The notes under the pieces: generated by a model
The model's input: the letters and a program-made list of their open reading frames with translations, nothing else
What the model was told of the DNA's origin: nothing
Database searches by the model: none
Program-made: the position numbers and the translations under genes
In this document: positions 1 to 10,468 of the stretch, one piece after another
Numbering within the stretch: the first letter of the stretch is position 1
Layout: every line of letters begins with the position of its first letter
Assembly (NCBI RefSeq): GCF_002105155.1
Contig: NW_019029023.1
Coordinates: 1 to 64,000 of the forward strand
Direction: 5' to 3'
DNA: 64,000 nucleotides
From: Lobosporangium transversale
Taxonomy: Eukaryota

Positions 1-454
1 GTGAATAGCTCCAAGGATTCTAGAAGAGCTATAAACCAATAACCAAGACTTATAGTGCCAAGGAACCTTGAAATAAGATTGCACCAGATATCTTCCTCGG
101 ATCCTGTGTATTAAGTTAACTCAACACTTGGAGTTCCGCATATGGTAAAAGTCCTTAGGAAGCAGTGCTCCTATTCGGTTTAAAATTTTGTCAATTGATA
201 TTTATTTTTTTAATCTGAAACATCATAATTGACAAAATTTTAAACCGAATAGGAGCACTGTTAGGAAGTATTTGAGTAAGCTTTATTTAGAGTTCTTGAA
301 GCGCGTCTCCGCTTCAGTCAAACAAGTATAAATATGATAGATTTGTAACATAGTAAACCTCAGTCTGCAATAAAACTATTCTTTAATCTCCTAAGTTCAT
401 TCTTGTTCCTAAATCACTTACCTTCTCTTGCAATCGTCCTGTCAGTCCTTGACA
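1..454 (+). mobile_element. LTR of Ty3/gypsy family A, 5' part cut off by the window edge
   Basis: Matches 11697-12150 with two substitutions seen; ends in ...CTTGACA; contains TATAAAT and AATAAA. Confidence 0.9.
163..260. mobile_element. 98-bp hAT-like MITE inside the family A LTR
   Basis: Long [37 protein letters not shown] and its reverse complement; perfect 8-bp TSD TTAGGAAG at 155-162 and 261-268. Confidence 0.9.
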
Positions 455-456
455 CA

Positions 457-1026
457 ATGCCACCGCGTAAAGGTCGTGCTCCTTCTGGTGGCGTGTTTTC
501 TGAAGTTGTATTGACACAGCGGTCGGCGGTACCAAGCTCCCAGGGTTCTTCACATGACCCTGACGCCACACAGCCTTATTCTGTGCCTCAGGAGGAATAG
601 CTAGATACGAGGTTGGAATTGTCTCCACGTCTTTCACCTGTAATCTTGGGGCGGATGCTACCGAAGGAGGAGTATCCTGAGGCGGGCGATTCGCCAACTG
701 TGAGGGAAGCCAGAGATCATGTGGAGTCGAGTACTTCAGCGACGTCGGGAGTGGAGGGGGCAGGGGTCCGTTTGGCTTCTGTAAGTTCGACGAGTGACAA
801 TGCACAGTGGGAAGCTGTTGATGGAGAGGATGGTCATGAGGAGCCGGAGAGGCGACAGAAGAGGAAACGTCATGAGGGACCGAAACTGTCGATGATAAGA
901 GAGTGTTCTTCGCTGATAGCGTTTGAGTTTCGTGCATTGCAGACCCAGGTTGTGAGTGTAGAAGAGCGAGCACGGGAACGTCATCGATTGATGGAGGAAA
1001 TGGCGGTTGTTACCATGCTGGAGTAG
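457..1026 (+). pseudogene. Low-complexity ORF of unknown function with one in-frame TAG (598-600), antisense to the family C pol
   Basis: ATG at 457; ORFs 403-600 and 613-1026 share a frame; contains basic RRQKRKR and a helical-looking C-terminus. Confidence 0.4.
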
Positions 1027-1158
1027 GCAGAGAAGGGAGGTAAAAGGAAGAGAGGAAGAGAGGAAAGGAGATAGTAAAAGAAGAAAGGAAGAGAGAAAAG
1101 AAAAAAGAAAAATAAAGAACAAGAAGAAAAAAGAAAACAGAGAAAAATAATTTTGGTA

Positions 1159-2101
1159 TTACTGTTGCATTTTTTGAAATTCCTCCAGTGCTTCATTTGC
1201 ATTAACTAGTGAGGATCTCCGTTCCCATGTTGCTTCTTCGTCAGGATATCCCTTCCATTTCACGAGCCACTTGGGGGTTCTGCCAAATAGTTTGTAATCC
1301 AGAATCTTTTCCTCTTCATATTCTTCTTCGCCATCGACTAAATCTGGTGGGGGTCTGGCAGGTGCTCGTTCGCCGAAATTCTCCGGGGATTCGTGATAAT
1401 GTCGTAATAAATCTGTATTGAAGACAGGGTGTTGTTTCATGTTCGGAGGTAGCTCGAGCTTGTACGCGTTGTCGTTGATCTTCTCTATGATTTTGAATGG
1501 TCCAATGAATTTTGGTTCTAACTTTTTGGAGGGTCGGTTTGCGTGAGCTGCGACAGTGATATGCTCCGTACTCAGTAAGACACTATCGCCTACAGTGAAC
1601 CTGGCGGGTGATCGTGCTTTATCTGCTTGGCGTTTTTGGATGTCCTGAGCTGTCGCTATTGCGTCTTGTGCTTGCGCCAACGCAGAGGCTTGAGTGGAAA
1701 TGAAGGTAGAGATAGCCGGTACATCTGTTGTTGGTGGTTTCAAGAGGGATGATGGGACAATGGGATGATGACCGTGGTTTAGGAAAAAGGGGGAAAACCC
1801 TGTGGAGGGGTTGACGGAGTTGTTGTATGCATATTCCATCATTGGTAAGAGCAAGTCCCAGTCATTCTGTTTGTACGAGACATAAGATCGTAGCATTTCC
1901 TCCAGGGTCCTGTTGGCTCGCTCCGTCTGTCCGTCTGTCTGAGGATGGAAAGCTGTAGACATATGGAGTTTAGTTCCCATGAACTTCATCAATGTGGTCC
2001 AGAAGTGTCCAGTGAATCTTGAGTCTCTGTCCGATACAATAGCTCGTGGCATGCCATGGAGTCGGAAGACATTATTGAAGAAGAGTCGCGCGATATCTGA
2101 A
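1159..2101 (-). mobile_element. Ty3/gypsy family C pol 3' fragment (integrase core, GPF motif, chromodomain), cut by the family B insertion
   Basis: Motifs SDRD, HPQTDGQTERANRTLE, IGPFKI, EYEEEKIL...WLVKWKGYP...ATWE; related to but diverged from the family B pol. Confidence 0.93.
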
Positions 2102-2214
2102 TGCAAGCGAAATCACTATAATAATTTTGTGCAACATAGTATTTCGCCCATATTTCTAGAGCATTCCTTGCAACAGGACATTAACTAGTATAAATAGGTC
2201 TACTTTTCTATCTA

Positions 2215-3818
2215 CAGTGGTCATCAAAAGTCATTCAATGATTTTGAATTTTTAACATTCTCAGTCCTTTTCTTCATTCTCATCTAGCATGTGGCTAGTA
2301 TATTTGGGGTAGTGCATTTGTTCCCCACACCTCATGATTACTTTCAAGTCTCATTCCTAATTATGACTTCATTGTGAAATAAAACCAATTTCAATTTGAC
2401 CTGCCTATTGAATGACTTCTGCTGAATTTCAATGTTGATTGCAAAAAAAACTTTTTCACTTCTCTTTTTTCTACCAAGATTACCTTCAGCTATATCTTCA
2501 TACACCTCTACTTACAATTAACATTCCACATCGTTTAGTATTTATTATGGGGACGCTTTCTATGGAAAAGGTACAAAATGCTCAGGCCTTACTTCGACAA
2601 GGGAAGTCTACAAGCGAAGTGGCAAGGCAACTTGGTATCTCTATTTCATCGGCAATAAGGATCAGGAGGGACGTCAAGGACAATATTCCTAAACCCAGAA
2701 TGGGCAGACCCTCATTGGTTTCCCCTGCTACCAAGAGGGTTATTGCACGCGAGGTTGATACGGGGAAACTTAGATCCATTCTGGCAGTTCAAGAATACAT
2801 CAGATCGAGCCATGGAGTGCATGTCAGTGTAGAGACTGCCCGACGCTATGTAAAATCAGAGGGTTTGAAAAACTATGTCCGCCCATTCAAGCCTAGGCTG
2901 ACAAAAATGCAGATTGCGAAAAGGAAGAATTTTGCCCTCAACCACCTTGACTGGACTGTTGATGACTGGAAGCGAGTGATGTTCTCGGACGAAAAGCTTT
3001 TTGAAAGGCTAGGGTCCTTAGGAGGAAGAACACAATATAGGCGACCCGGCCACAGGATTTTAGAAGATCGAGATGTTAGAGAGAGATCAAGGGGAGCACA
3101 TAACAAACTTATGTGGTGGGGCTGTATCACTTATCATGGTGTAGGCGATGGTTGCAGGATCCCTGTCACAGTTGATTCCTCTTTATATGTTGATGTTCTA
3201 CAAGATTATGTCCTCGGCTCATGGAAGTGGTATGGCCAGGACCCTGAAAAGTTAATTTTTCAGCAGGACAATGCAAGTGTTCATACGAGTAGGATGGTTA
3301 AAGAGTTCTTAATTAAGTCACACATTACCACTTTGGAGTGGCCTCCAAATTCTCCTGACCTCAACCCTATCGAGAATGTATGGGCCTACATGGATCATCG
3401 GCTCAAGGGATATGAGAAGGTACCAAAGGATCTGGATGAACTATGGGAAAGACTACAGGATATCTGGACATCTATTCCACCTGACTTCCTTGATGAGCTA
3501 TATGAAAGTATGCCACGAAGGGTAGAGGAGCTACATCGCATGAAAGGATCTCGTACACATTGCTGAAGAACAGAAAAAAAAAACAAATAAAGCAAAGCTG
3601 CTGATTTTCTTCAAATGTCATTCAATGAGATGCCAATAATTGGCATTCATCTAAATTTTCAATTAGCAACAGGAGCTCATTGACATTGTAGTAGGAGTGA
3701 CGTTGTCGATGGTCAAACTCGCTACGTAAGTTTCATTAGCGACAAGCAAGATCAAATTGGAGAAAGGAATGAGAATGTCGAAATTCCTAATTCATTGAAT
3801 GACTTTTGATGACCACTG
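2215..3818 (+). mobile_element. Tc1/mariner DNA transposon, apparently intact, inserted in the family B 5' LTR
   Basis: TIR CAGTGGTCATCAAAAGTCATTCAATGA at both ends; TA on the left, TG on the right. Confidence 0.93.
2547..3566 (+). CDS. Tc1-like DD34E transposase
   Basis: N-terminal HTH region, MFSDE, QQDNA...PDLNPIENVW with 34 residues between D and E; uninterrupted ORF. Confidence 0.93.
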   Translation: MGTLSMEKVQNAQALLRQGKSTSEVARQLGISISSAIRIRRDVKDNIPKPRMGRPSLVSPATKRVIAREVDTGKLRSILAVQEYIRSSHGVHVSVETARRYVKSEGLKNYVRPFKPRLTKMQIAKRKNFALNHLDWTVDDWKRVMFSDEKLFERLGSLGGRTQYRRPGHRILEDRDVRERSRGAHNKLMWWGCITYHGVGDGCRIPVTVDSSLYVDVLQDYVLGSWKWYGQDPEKLIFQQDNASVHTSRMVKEFLIKSHITTLEWPPNSPDLNPIENVWAYMDHRLKGYEKVPKDLDELWERLQDIWTSIPPDFLDELYESMPRRVEELHRMKGSRTHC

Positions 3819-3966
3819 TGGTTCTGTAGCATAGTTCCCCCTGAATAAAGATACCTTTATTGCACCCTTAGATCCCCCTAGAACAATACCTTGACTTTTG
3901 CATTGGCAAAGGAAACCACGACCACACCCAGAGAACTACAATTACCATTGAATTTCACCCCTCGCC

Positions 3967-4938
3967 ATGGAACACTTGAATAACGCCCTTTCGTCCATCG
4001 ATCTTCCTCTGAACATTCGCGAAGCCATAGCTACTGCTTTTAATCAGGCCCTCTCTACTGCTAAAGCCAACGAAGCCGCTGAGAATGACCTAGCCAGAAC
4101 CCTCGCCACGGTCCTAAAGCCACAGAAGCCTACGCCTTACGAAGGAGCTATTAACGCTGTTGCAGCCTTAAACTTTGTCGACAGCCTGGAGGAGTATTAC
4201 ACTATTGTCACACTCACGCCATCCAAATGGGTTCGATACGCTGTCCTCAGTCTCAATGGCGAAGCCAAGGCATGGTGGAGAGATTCCGGGTTGAATCTCG
4301 ATACACCTTGGGCTGACTTCCGTAAAGCATTCCTCCGTCAGTTCACCCCTCCAGATTCTGCGAATGCAGCTCGCCGAGCGTTGGATTAACTTCGTCAGGG
4401 AAGGATGAGTGTGGCAGAATATACGAGCAAGTTTAGAAGCCACCTACGTCTGGCTACAAATCTCGACAAAGACTCTGCTTTGCAAAAATACATGCTAGGC
4501 CTTGAGCCCGAAACAAGCAAGCAGGTAAGACTTAGACAGCCAGAGACGTTGGACGATGCCATTGAGCAGGCGACCATTGTCCACAGTATTCTACATCCCA
4601 TCGATGCCACCCCTGTATCCGCTGCCCCGAACGCCTTATCACCCCATCATGAGAATAATTCTGGCCCTACACCAATGGATCTCGATAACATGAGAATGTT
4701 GGTTGCCAACCTGTACACCTCTCTCCATCAGCAACGACCAAACAGAAACCACTCCAAGCCAAGCTCGCTACCCAAGCTCACAGCAGCTGAACGAGAACGT
4801 TGCGTTCGTGAGGGGCGTTGTTTCAGATGCCGGAACCGAGGTCATAGAGCCGAACAATGCCAACGCACCTCTGTCTTTAATATAGAAAACAATGACCATA
4901 CGCTTTCTGAGTCGGGAAAAGAGGAGGGCGAGCAGTAA
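3967..4938 (+). pseudogene. Family B gag with an in-frame TAA at 4387-4389
   Basis: ORFs 3967-4389 and 4405-4938 share a frame; PTPMDLD motif and CCHC knuckle CFRCRNRGHRAEQC. Confidence 0.88.
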
Positions 4939-7900
4939 ACCAGGCCTGCCTCGCCCCCTCTAGCCCCAGCCTTCAAGCCCTGGATAATAGAGGGCATGGT
5001 CAGTTACAGTTGATGACTACAAATAAAAATCCTTTGTGCACAAATATAACATCCATGCCCCTTTCTGATCACTCTATTGCTCCCACTGCATCTACTTCCT
5101 TACATCTACTCTCTAAGTATTCACCTCATCCTGATCCCCATTCCCCTACTCATTCCTCATTGCTAAAAAACAATCCCCTCTCCGACCCTATTTTCCCCTC
5201 CACTGATCCTTTCACTGTTTCCACTTCACTCACTTCCACTCATTCATCTACCCCTAGTTCATCCAATCGCCACTCCCATTGTCGTAACGAAATTCGCCTT
5301 CAATCCTTCAGCCTTACCTATGACAAACATAAAAACTCTCGCCGACTTCTTACTTTCATTGGAGCAGTGAATGGTCGACCTGCGCGCATTCTTGTAGATG
5401 GAGGGGCCGAAGGCAATGTCATAAGTTCCTCTTTCTGCGAGAACACACATGTTCCGCTAATTGAGGGTAGACCCATTCCTGTCATTCTTCCCAACGGTAC
5501 CGAGACAATTGCTCAGCACACAGCCACGTTCACCCTCGCCCGCAACGCGTATCAGGATAAAATCAACGCCATTGTTTACCCTCTATCCAAATACGACCTA
5601 ATTTTGGGTAAACCATGGCTGACGGATATCAACCCTCGCATCAATTGGCGAACAAATGATCTGCATTTTGAATACCAAGGTACCCCGGTCTTGTGGGCTT
5701 GCACTGGCATCGACAGGGAGCCTAGACAGCGATCTTCCGTCATATCTGCTCTTAACTTCCTTACCGTTGCCTCGGAACCTGATGCCTCTGTATTCCTCGC
5801 CCAAGTTCGAGTTCCAGTACCTGTCTCTAGCAGTAGTTCTGAACTACCGGACTCTATCAAGCAAATCGTTCAAGTCGAATTCCCTGATGTCTTTCCTACA
5901 ACGCTTCCCGATGGCCTTCCCCCTGACAGAGGTGATAGCATGCGTATAGAGACTGACCCTTATGCTGACCCACCTGTCCGACCTGTCATCAGCTTGTCGA
6001 TCGCTGAGCTTGATGAACTGAAGAAGCAGCTAACTGATCTTTTACAAAAAGGATTAATCTCACCGAGCACCTCACCATACGGTGCTCCAGTCCTCTTTGT
6101 GAAGAAAAAGGATGGCTCGCTTCGAATGTGTGTTGATTATCGGGGCCTGAACAAGATCACAAAGAAAAACAGGTACCCCTTACCACGGATCGATGAATTG
6201 ATCGACAGATTCAGAACAGCTAAATGTTTTACCAAGCTGGATCTACTCTCGGGCTATCATCAGATGCGTGTCCATCCTGATGATAAACACAAGACCGCGT
6301 TCCGAACTCGCTATGGCCACTACGAGTTTAACGTCGTACCTTTCGGTCTTACAAATGCACCTGCAGCGTTCTCGACTATGATGCGTAACGTACTTGATCC
6401 ACTTCTTGATAAATGTGTTGTTGTGTATCTCGATGATATTTTAATTTACTCCGATAACGAGAAAGATCACTTAGAGCACATCCGACAAGTACTCTCCCTC
6501 TTGCGTCAAGCTGGGCTTTATTGTAAATTATCCAAGTGTTCCTTCATGCAGGAAGAGACTGAGTTCCTAGGCCATGTCATATCCAAGGATGGACTCAAGA
6601 CGAATGGCGGACTTGTCAAGGCAATAAGGGAATGGCCAGTACCAACAACCCAACGACATGTGATGCAATTCCTTGGTTTGACTAATTTTTACCATCAGTA
6701 CATTTCTCATTACGCTGATATTGCTCTTCCCCTCACACAATTGTTAGGCTCCAATAAGGAATTCCACTGGGGAAAATCTCAACAAGACGCCTTTGAGACT
6801 TTGAAAAGAGCAGTGAGCTCAGCACCAGTTCTTAGGATATTCGATCCTGCCCTCTCTACAGCAGTCGAAACAGACGCTTCAGGCTTTGCAATTGGTGCTG
6901 TCCTGTTCCAGACGGACCAAAATGGTGAATCACGACCAGTAGCTTTTACTTCACGTAAGCTCAACCCAGCGGAACGCAACTATCCTACACACGAACAAGA
7001 ACTGCTGGCTGTGGTGCATGCTCTGAAGACATGGCGATACTACCTTGATGGTTCTCACTTTGTCGTTTATACCGACCATGCCACTCTACAACATTTTCCT
7101 AGCCAGCCGAACTTGACTCGCAGACAAGCAAGATGGATGGAGTTGCTTCAAGAGTATGATTTCGTATTCAAGTATAAACCTGGTAAAGATAACGTCGTCC
7201 CTGATGCTCTTTCACGAAGACCGGACCTCAAGGACTTGGAGGCTACACCTACTACTTTGAACTCCTTGGATATCAATCTAGACCCTGGCATTCGAAAACA
7301 ACTAGCCAGTTGCTACCTACACGATCCAATTCTAGGTCCCCTCGTGCATCAGTATAAGGATGCCTCTACCTCGGATCGTTACTTCGTGGTGGATGGTCTA
7401 CTCTGGATCAACGCTGGACAAGGCCCTCGCCTCTGCATACCCAAGGACGACGGACTCCGTTCACAACTCTTGCATGACGCTCACGACGCTCCTATATCAG
7501 GCCACTTGGGATTCGATAAAACGTACAGTAGCATGCGACGAACATATTTTTGGCCACGCATGGCGAGGGATATAAAAAAATACATTGCTTCCTGTGAGCA
7601 ATGCCAGCGTAACAAGCCTTCACTAAAGCCTCCTGCAGGGCTTTTCCAACCTTTGGCAATTCCAAGCCAACGATGGGATACTGTAACAATGGACTTCATT
7701 GTCAAGCTTCCGAAGACAGCCAGAGGTTTTGACGCGATTACGGTCTTTGTGGACAAACTGTCCAAGCAAGTTCATTTCTGCGCTAGCCGAACTACCGACA
7801 CTGCCTCTGATGTTGCACGACTCTTTTTCGACAATGTTTTTAGACTGCACGGCATGCCTCGGACAATTGTGTCAGACAGAGATTCACGTTTCACCGGCAA

Positions 7901-8753
7901 GTTCTGGACAACGTTGATGAAGCTCATGGGCACTAAACTTAACATGTCTACTGCCTTCCATCCACAGTCAGACGGACAAACAGAGCGCGCCAACAGAACA
8001 TTAGAAGAAATGCTCCGCTCTTACATATCGTACAAGCAAAACGACTGGGATCTTTTACTGCCTATGATGGAGTTCGCATACAACAACTCTGTCAATCCTA
8101 CGACAGGCTTCTCCCCATTCTTTCTGAACTATGGTCACCATCCACTAGTCCCTGGATCTCTTTTAAAGCCACCTGATACCAATGTTCCGGCTGTCAGTGA
8201 TTTTGTTCGAACCCAGTCGATGAATTTGGCGCTAGCTCAAGATGCCATCATCGAAGCGCAGAATAGGCAAAAGGCCCAAGCGGACAAAACTCGCAGGCCT
8301 GCTACGTTTGCTGTGGGTGACATGGTGCTCTTAAGCTCGGAAAACATCTCTGTCGCGGGACATAAAAATAGGCCGTCGCAGAAACTGGAACCTGAGTACA
8401 TAGGCCCTTACAAGATCATTTCGAAGGTCAATGAAAATGCCTACAAGCTGGAACTACCGCCTGACATGCATCAGCATCCAGTCTTTAATGCCGATCTGCT
8501 TCGCCCCTATATTGAGTCACCTCGTGAATTCGGCGACCGCTCACCACCACGCCCTGCCCCCGAGCTTGTAGATGGAGAAGAGGAGTATGAAGTCGACAAA
8601 ATCATTGACTTCAAAATGTTTGGCAAAACTCCTAAGTGGCTCGTTCTTTGGAAAGGCTATCCATTAGATGAAGCTACTTGGGAAACAAAATCTTCGCTCG
8701 CAAACGCTAAAGAGGCGCTTGCCGTCTTTGAGGCTTCAAGAAAAACAAGATAA
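4920..8753 (+). CDS. Family B pol (protease, RT, RNase H, integrase, chromodomain) in the -1 frame relative to gag
   Basis: LVDGGA, YLDD, TDAS, HHCC, SDRD, GPY and a chromodomain; frame is open back to the slippery site at 4914-4920. Confidence 0.95.
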   Translation, partial: RGGRAVNQACLAPSSPSLQALDNRGHGQLQLMTTNKNPLCTNITSMPLSDHSIAPTASTSLHLLSKYSPHPDPHSPTHSSLLKNNPLSDPIFPSTDPFTVSTSLTSTHSSTPSSSNRHSHCRNEIRLQSFSLTYDKHKNSRRLLTFIGAVNGRPARILVDGGAEGNVISSSFCENTHVPLIEGRPIPVILPNGTETIAQHTATFTLARNAYQDKINAIVYPLSKYDLILGKPWLTDINPRINWRTNDLHFEYQGTPVLWACTGIDREPRQRSSVISALNFLTVASEPDASVFLAQVRVPVPVSSSSSELPDSIKQIVQVEFPDVFPTTLPDGLPPDRGDSMRIETDPYADPPVRPVISLSIAELDELKKQLTDLLQKGLISPSTSPYGAPVLFVKKKDGSLRMCVDYRGLNKITKKNRYPLPRIDELIDRFRTAKCFTKLDLLSGYHQMRVHPDDKHKTAFRTRYGHYEFNVVPFGLTNAPAAFSTMMRNVLDPLLDKCVVVYLDDILIYSDNEKDHLEHIRQVLSLLRQAGLYCKLSKCSFMQEETEFLGHVISKDGLKTNGGLVKAIREWPVPTTQRHVMQFLGLTNFYHQYISHYADIALPLTQLLGSNKEFHWGKSQQDAFETLKRAVSSAPVLRIFDPALSTAVETDASGFAIGAVLFQTDQNGESRPVAFTSRKLNPAERNYPTHEQELLAVVHALKTWRYYLDGSHFVVYTDHATLQHFPSQPNLTRRQARWMELLQEYDFVFKYKPGKDNVVPDALSRRPDLKDLEATPTTLNSLDINLDPGIRKQLASCYLHDPILGPLVHQYKDASTSDRYFVVDGLLWINAGQGPRLCIPKDDGLRSQLLHDAHDAPISGHLGFDKTYSSMRRTYFWPRMARDIKKYIASCEQCQRNKPSLKPPAGLFQPLAIPSQRWDTVTMDFIVKLPKTARGFDAITVFVDKLSKQVHFCASRTTDTASDVARLFFDNVFRLHGMPRTIVSDRDSRFTGKFWTTLMKLMGTKLNMSTAFHPQSDGQTERANRTLEEMLRSYISYKQNDWDLLLPMMEFAYNNSVNPTTGFSPFFLNYGHHPLVPGSLLKPPDTNVPAVSDFVRTQSMNLALAQDAIIEAQNRQKAQADKTRRPATFAVGDMVLLSSENISVAGHKNRPSQKLEPEYIGPYKIISKVNENAYKLELPPDMHQHPVFNADLLRPYIESPREFGDRSPPRPAPELVDGEEEYEVDKIIDFKMFGKTPKWLVLWKGYPLDEATWETKSSLANAKEALAVFEASRKTR

Positions 8754-8863
8754 TAGGTTTCTTCATGACGGGAAGGATGCAAGCGAAATCACTATAATAA
8801 TTTTGTGCAACATAGTATTTCGCCCATATTTCTAGAGCATTCCTTGCAACAGGACATTAACTA

Positions 8864-10466
8864 TAGTGCGTGCCAAAACTGATGCAATAAATTGCATTTT
8901 TCAACATTCATTCCTCATTCTCCTTCTTCCTCTTTATGATCTTCCCTGCCACCACCGTTTCTCATTCTCATTTGTCTCACCTCCATGGAGTCTCATCGTC
9001 ATCGCCATCAGTGGCCTAATTAGCATTTAATTGCAATTTGCTTTCAGCATCTCATTGCATCTATTATGGCAATTAACAACTTCTTGTTTTTATTTATTCC
9101 TGTTACTTCTCCTTTCCCCTAACGATGTTCCCTCCTTTAGCCTTATATAACTCCCTCATCCTCTTCGGCACACCGCAGTATAGTTTGTGTAAGAATTCAG
9201 GAGGGATATGTGTCCATACGTCTTGGACTCTCTCCCAGAGATCCTCCATATTCTTTGCCTTGTCTGGATAATGATCCAACTGCACCTTCATGTATGCCCA
9301 TATGTTTTCTATTGGGTTGATGTCAGGAGAGTTTGCTGGCCATTCCATGAGAGGTATCTTAGACTTTTGGATATAGGTCATTGCTATTCTTCCGGTATGA
9401 ATCCTAGCATTGTCCTGCTGAAATATAAATTTGTCCTTATCCATCAAGTAGTAATCCCTGGACTTAAAGATATAATCCTTGAGAACGTCGACGTATGTTA
9501 CCGAATCCACCTTCTCTTGGAGCCAGCAGCCATCGCCTGGTCCGTAGTAAGTTATACAACCCCAGAACATCATTTTGCCCCCACCGCCTTGCCTTGTCTT
9601 TTTGATATGATGTGCTCGTAGAGTTTTATCCCATCGATGCTTGTAGTAGTACTTTCTTCCGCAGGACCCAACTCTGCTAAAGATGGTCTCATCTGAGAAC
9701 ATGACGTTCTTCCAGTCTTCTAGAGTCCAGTCCAAGTGATCCTTTGCAAAATTATATCGAGCATAGATTTGCTTCTTCGTCAGATCAGGCTACTTCTGTT
9801 TTACATATGCCCCCATATCATCCTGCATAAGGAACCTCCTGATGCTCGATTTACTAACCTGCACTCCTTCCCTCAATTGAACAAGTTGTTGGCCATCTTT
9901 TAGGGTCTCCAATACACCCATGTCAAAAAATCTTGATAAAAGCTGTTTCGTTTTCTTAGTAACTTTGCAGGGTCGGCCCCCTCTCAGCACTGGAATACTT
10001 TCTTTGCCTCTTTTCCTAATCCTTTGAGCTGAGGTAACAGATATCCCTAAACTCTTTGACACTTCTCTGGAAGACTTTCCCTGATGAAGTAGAGCAGTTG
10101 CATTTTGGATAGTTGATTTGGATAATGATTTCATGTTATGATAAAGATATGGCAGATATGTAGAGTGTCGCTTGGTGTATCAGTGATGATGGTGCTATAA
10201 AGAAAGAATAAAGAATAAGAAAGAAGTAAGGGATGGACAAACCTGAGATGTACTTTTTACCAAAACTGATGCAATGAGACATGACTATACAAATGGCGAT
10301 TATTCGCTAATTGCGTCATTGATGAGAACAGCGATGACAGTCTACGAAGGTGAGACAAATGAGAATGAGAAGCGGTGATGGTAGGGAAGATCATTAGAAA
10401 GGAAAAGGAGAATGAGGAATGAATGTTAAAAAATGCAAATTATTGCATCAGTTTTGGCACGCACCA
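8864..10466 (-). mobile_element. Tc1/mariner transposon with long imperfect TIRs
   Basis: Termini T(A/G)GTGCGTGCCAAAACTGATGCAATAA; TA at 8862-8863 and 10467-10468; the inverted similarity extends well over 100 bp. Confidence 0.88.
9103..10134 (-). pseudogene. Tc1-like transposase with an in-frame stop at 9790-9792
   Basis: ORFs 9790-10134 and 9103-9735 share a frame; MFSDE and QQDNAR...PDINPIE motifs. Confidence 0.88.
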
Positions 10467-10468
10467 TA

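Larger units (their letters stand above)
2102..8863 (+). mobile_element. Near-complete chromodomain Ty3/gypsy element (family B)
   Basis: 5' LTR 2102-3902 (TGCAAG...TTTGCA) is split by a Tc1; gag and pol follow; purine tract GACGGGAAGGA at 8767-8777; 3' LTR 8778-8863 repeats 2102 onward and is truncated by a second Tc1. Confidence 0.92.

Noticed and set aside
383..973. 196-aa minus-strand ORF
   Set aside because: It is the shadow of the plus-strand ORF and runs into the LTR; no recognisable motifs.
3903..3920. TGGCAAAGGAAACC after the family B 5' LTR as a tRNA or self-priming site
   Set aside because: It starts with TGG, but I cannot match it to a tRNA 3' end and found no convincing complement in the LTR.
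4387..4389. Programmed read-through in family B gag
   Set aside because: A mid-capsid TAA with no read-through context is more simply a nonsense mutation.
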